In this document: positions 60,627 through 64,000 of the stretch, in pieces
How the letters are laid out: every line of letters starts with the position of its first letter
Position numbering within the stretch: position 1 is the stretch's first letter
Assembly (NCBI RefSeq): GCF_006345805.1
Contig: NC_043026.1
Span: 12,317,579 to 12,381,578 of the forward strand
Direction: 5' to 3'
Source of the DNA: Octopus sinensis
Lineage: Eukaryota
DNA: 64,000 bases
Notes under the pieces: model-generated
What the model was told of the DNA's origin: nothing
What the model saw: only the letters and a program-made list of their open reading frames with translations
Database searches by the model: none
Position numbers and translations under genes: made by a program

Positions 60627-62075
60627 GTGGCGAGCTGGCAGAAACGTTAGCACGCCGGGCGAAATGCTTAGCGGTGTTTCGTCTGCGTTACGTTGTGAGT
60701 TCAAATTCCGCCGAGGTCGACTTTGCCTTTCATCCTTTCGGGGTCGATAAAATAAGTACCAGTTACGCACTGGGGTCGATATAATCGACTTAATACCTAT
60801 GTCTGTCCTTGTTTGTCCCCTCTGTGTTTAGCTCCTTGTGGGTAATAAAGAAATAGGTATTTTGTCTGACGTTACGTTCTGAGTTCAAATTCCGCCGAGG
60901 TCGACTTTGCCTTTCATCCTTACGCACTGGAGTCGATATAATCGACTTAATCCGTTTGTCTGTCCTTGTTTGTCCCCTCTGTTTTTAGACCCTTGTGGTA
61001 GTAAAGAAATAGGTATTTCGTCTGTCGCTACGTTCTGAGTTCAAATTCCGCCGAGGTCGACTTTGCCTTCATCCTTTCGAGGTCGATAAATTAAGTACCA
61101 GTTTCGAACTAGGGTCGATGTAATCGACTTAATCCGTGTGTCTGTCCTTGTTTGTCCCCTCTGTGTTTAGACCCTTGTGGGTAGTAGAGAAATAGGTATT
61201 TTGTCTGTCGTTACGTTCTGAGTTCAAATTCCGTCGAGGTCGACTTTGCCTTTCATCCTTTCGGGGTCGATAAAATAAGTACCAGTTACGCACTGGGGTC
61301 GATATAATCGACTTAATACCTATGTCTGTCCTTGTTTGTCCCCTCTGTGTTTAGCCCCTTGTGGGTAATAAAGAAATAGGTATTTTGTCTGACGTTACGT
61401 TCTGAGTTCAAATTCCGCCGAGGTCGACTTTGCCTTTCATCCTTACGCACTGGAGTCGATATAATCGACTTAATCCGTTTGTCTGTCCTTGTTTGTCCCC
61501 TCTGTGTTTAGACCCTTGTGGGTAGTAAAGAAATAGGTATTTCGTCTGTCGCTACGTTCTGAGTTCAAATTCCGCCGAGGTCGACTTTGCCTTTCATCCT
61601 TTCGAGGTCGATAAATTAAGTACCAGTTTCGAACTAGGGTCGATGTAATCGACTTAATCCGTGTGTCTGTCCTTGTTTGTCCCCTCTGTGTTTAGACCCT
61701 TGTGGGTAGTAGAGAAATAGGTATTTTGTCTGTCGTTACGTTCTGAGTTCAAATTCCGTCGAGGTCGACATTGCTTTTCATCCTTTCGGGGTCGATAAAT
61801 TAAGTACCAGTTTCGAACTAGGGTCGATGTAATCGACTTAATCCGTGTGTCTGTCCTTGTTTGTCCCCTCTGTGTTTAGACCCTTGTGGGTAGTAAAGAA
61901 ATAGGTATTTCGTCTGTCGTTACGTTCTGAGTTCAAATTCCGCCGAGGTCGACTTTGCCTTTCATCCTTTCGGGGTTGATAAATTAAGTACCAGTTACGC
62001 ACTGGGTCGATGTAATCGACTTAATCCCTTTGTCTGTCCTTGTTTGTCCCCTCTGTCTTTAGCCCCTTGTGGGTA
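60627..62075 (+). mobile_element. SINE-B octamer with higher-order structure
   Basis: One head plus 7 headless units; flanking repeat ATATATATTCAAATAT. Confidence 0.9.
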
Positions 62076-62237
62076 TATATATATATATATATTCAAATAT
62101 GAATTAGAAGCAACTCGGAACAAAATCGAACACACATACACAAGGTATGTGTTAGTTCGTGAGTCAGCTGCGGTTTTTAGGCGTAAGAGAATATATTCTC
62201 TATGCCCCTGGTGTAAAAGACACCTGAAAGTAAGTCG

Positions 62238-63115
<878 letters not shown>

Positions 63116-63574
63116 CATGTATGAATAGTGAAAGTAAATTCGTGAGAGTTGTCTTTCCTGGCGTAATAAATCCTATAATTTTTTTGATTTTTGTGTTTCG
63201 TGGTTCGTAACTTTTTTCCTGTTATTAATTTCTGTCAGAAATAAATGTAATATTCTAAATTAGCAATTAAAAACTATGTTGAACATAGAGAAATCGGACT
63301 CTGTTCAAACGGAAAAGCTTCCATTTCTGACACAGTTGTAACGATATTCTGTAATACTTAGCATATTTTTGTAAGTATTCTTGCTCAAGAACACAACACA
63401 GAGCCTGGTCTGGGAATCGAATTCACTACCTCATGATTGTGAGCCTGACACTCTAACCACTGCGCTATGCACCTTCTAATGTCTTATATGCAGTTTCTAA
63501 ATTGTAGTGTTGTTAGTTCTAAGCAAGTAAAGTAAAATCCCTAGCCGGGGACCAGAGTGGGAGGCTGTCCTCTC

Positions 63575-63720
63575 AACCAATACGTTGCTGTGGGTGCCAT
63601 TGGATGACGGACTCCCGTGGTGATGTTATTCCATGCTTTCCATTCATAGCACTGGTCTTAGCATGCTTGATGTTGAGGTGCTGTGACTTCATGTCTTCCT
63701 TAATTTGTTTTGCCCAGTTC
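63575..63720 (-). mobile_element. RTE-like LINE C-terminal fragment
   Basis: KNWAKQIKEDMK..L..KHAK resembles the RTE W-x-D-x-I-x-x-D motif. Confidence 0.5.
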
Positions 63721-63789
63721 TTCTAGATATCACGGAGATGTACTTGCATAGCAAGTGATTTGATCTGAGATCGTGTGCTGAAACGAAAA

Positions 63790-63992
63790 CAATTGCAGCG
63801 TGGAAGGTGTTTGTAAGCCATTTAAGAAACACACAAAAGCCGTTCGATTCAGCACGGATTTTTGTCAGTGAACAGGTCGCGGTCTTAAAGCGACGAAAAT
63901 GTTTTGACAAATTAAACTTAAATGTTGAAGTGAATCGAACGGCTTTTGTGTATTTCTTAAATGGCTTACAAACACCTTCAACGCTGCAATTG
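63790..63992. repeat. 62-bp inverted repeat with 79-bp spacer
   Basis: 63790-63851 vs 63931-63992, about 2 mismatches. Confidence 0.85.
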
Positions 63993-64000
63993 TCTTCTAG

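Overview
This is eukaryotic, AT-rich, repeat-dense genomic DNA. It is most likely octopus (inference from the SINE families, the clustered effector-less C2H2 genes and TTAGGG-like motifs). Protein-coding content: (i) the first two coding exons of WDR83/MORG1 on the minus strand at the left edge; (ii) an intronless 306-aa coiled-coil ORF that I do not recognise (15981-16901, -); (iii) four tandem single-exon C2H2 zinc-finger ORFs with 6, 9, 14 and 8 fingers, all on the minus strand and arranged as paralog pairs A-B-B'-A'. The rest is mobile DNA: several tRNA-derived SINE families, CR1 and RTE 3' ends, Penelope-like remnants, GG..CC-ended MITEs with 8-9 bp TSDs, hAT and piggyBac-type MITEs, and Helentron/HINE-like elements. 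The most interesting unannotated signals are four. First, at least 8 type I hammerhead ribozyme cores in about 5 sequence families, including a ~330-bp non-coding element present three times beside (TA)n and a perfect 112-bp palindrome made of two cores. Second, SINE concatemers at several dispersed loci that share one fixed junction in a hairpin loop. Third, a 9x148-bp satellite built from a MITE terminus. Fourth, the orphan coiled-coil gene. Repeat boundaries were read by eye and are approximate unless a TSD is quoted. No database searches or folding programs were run.
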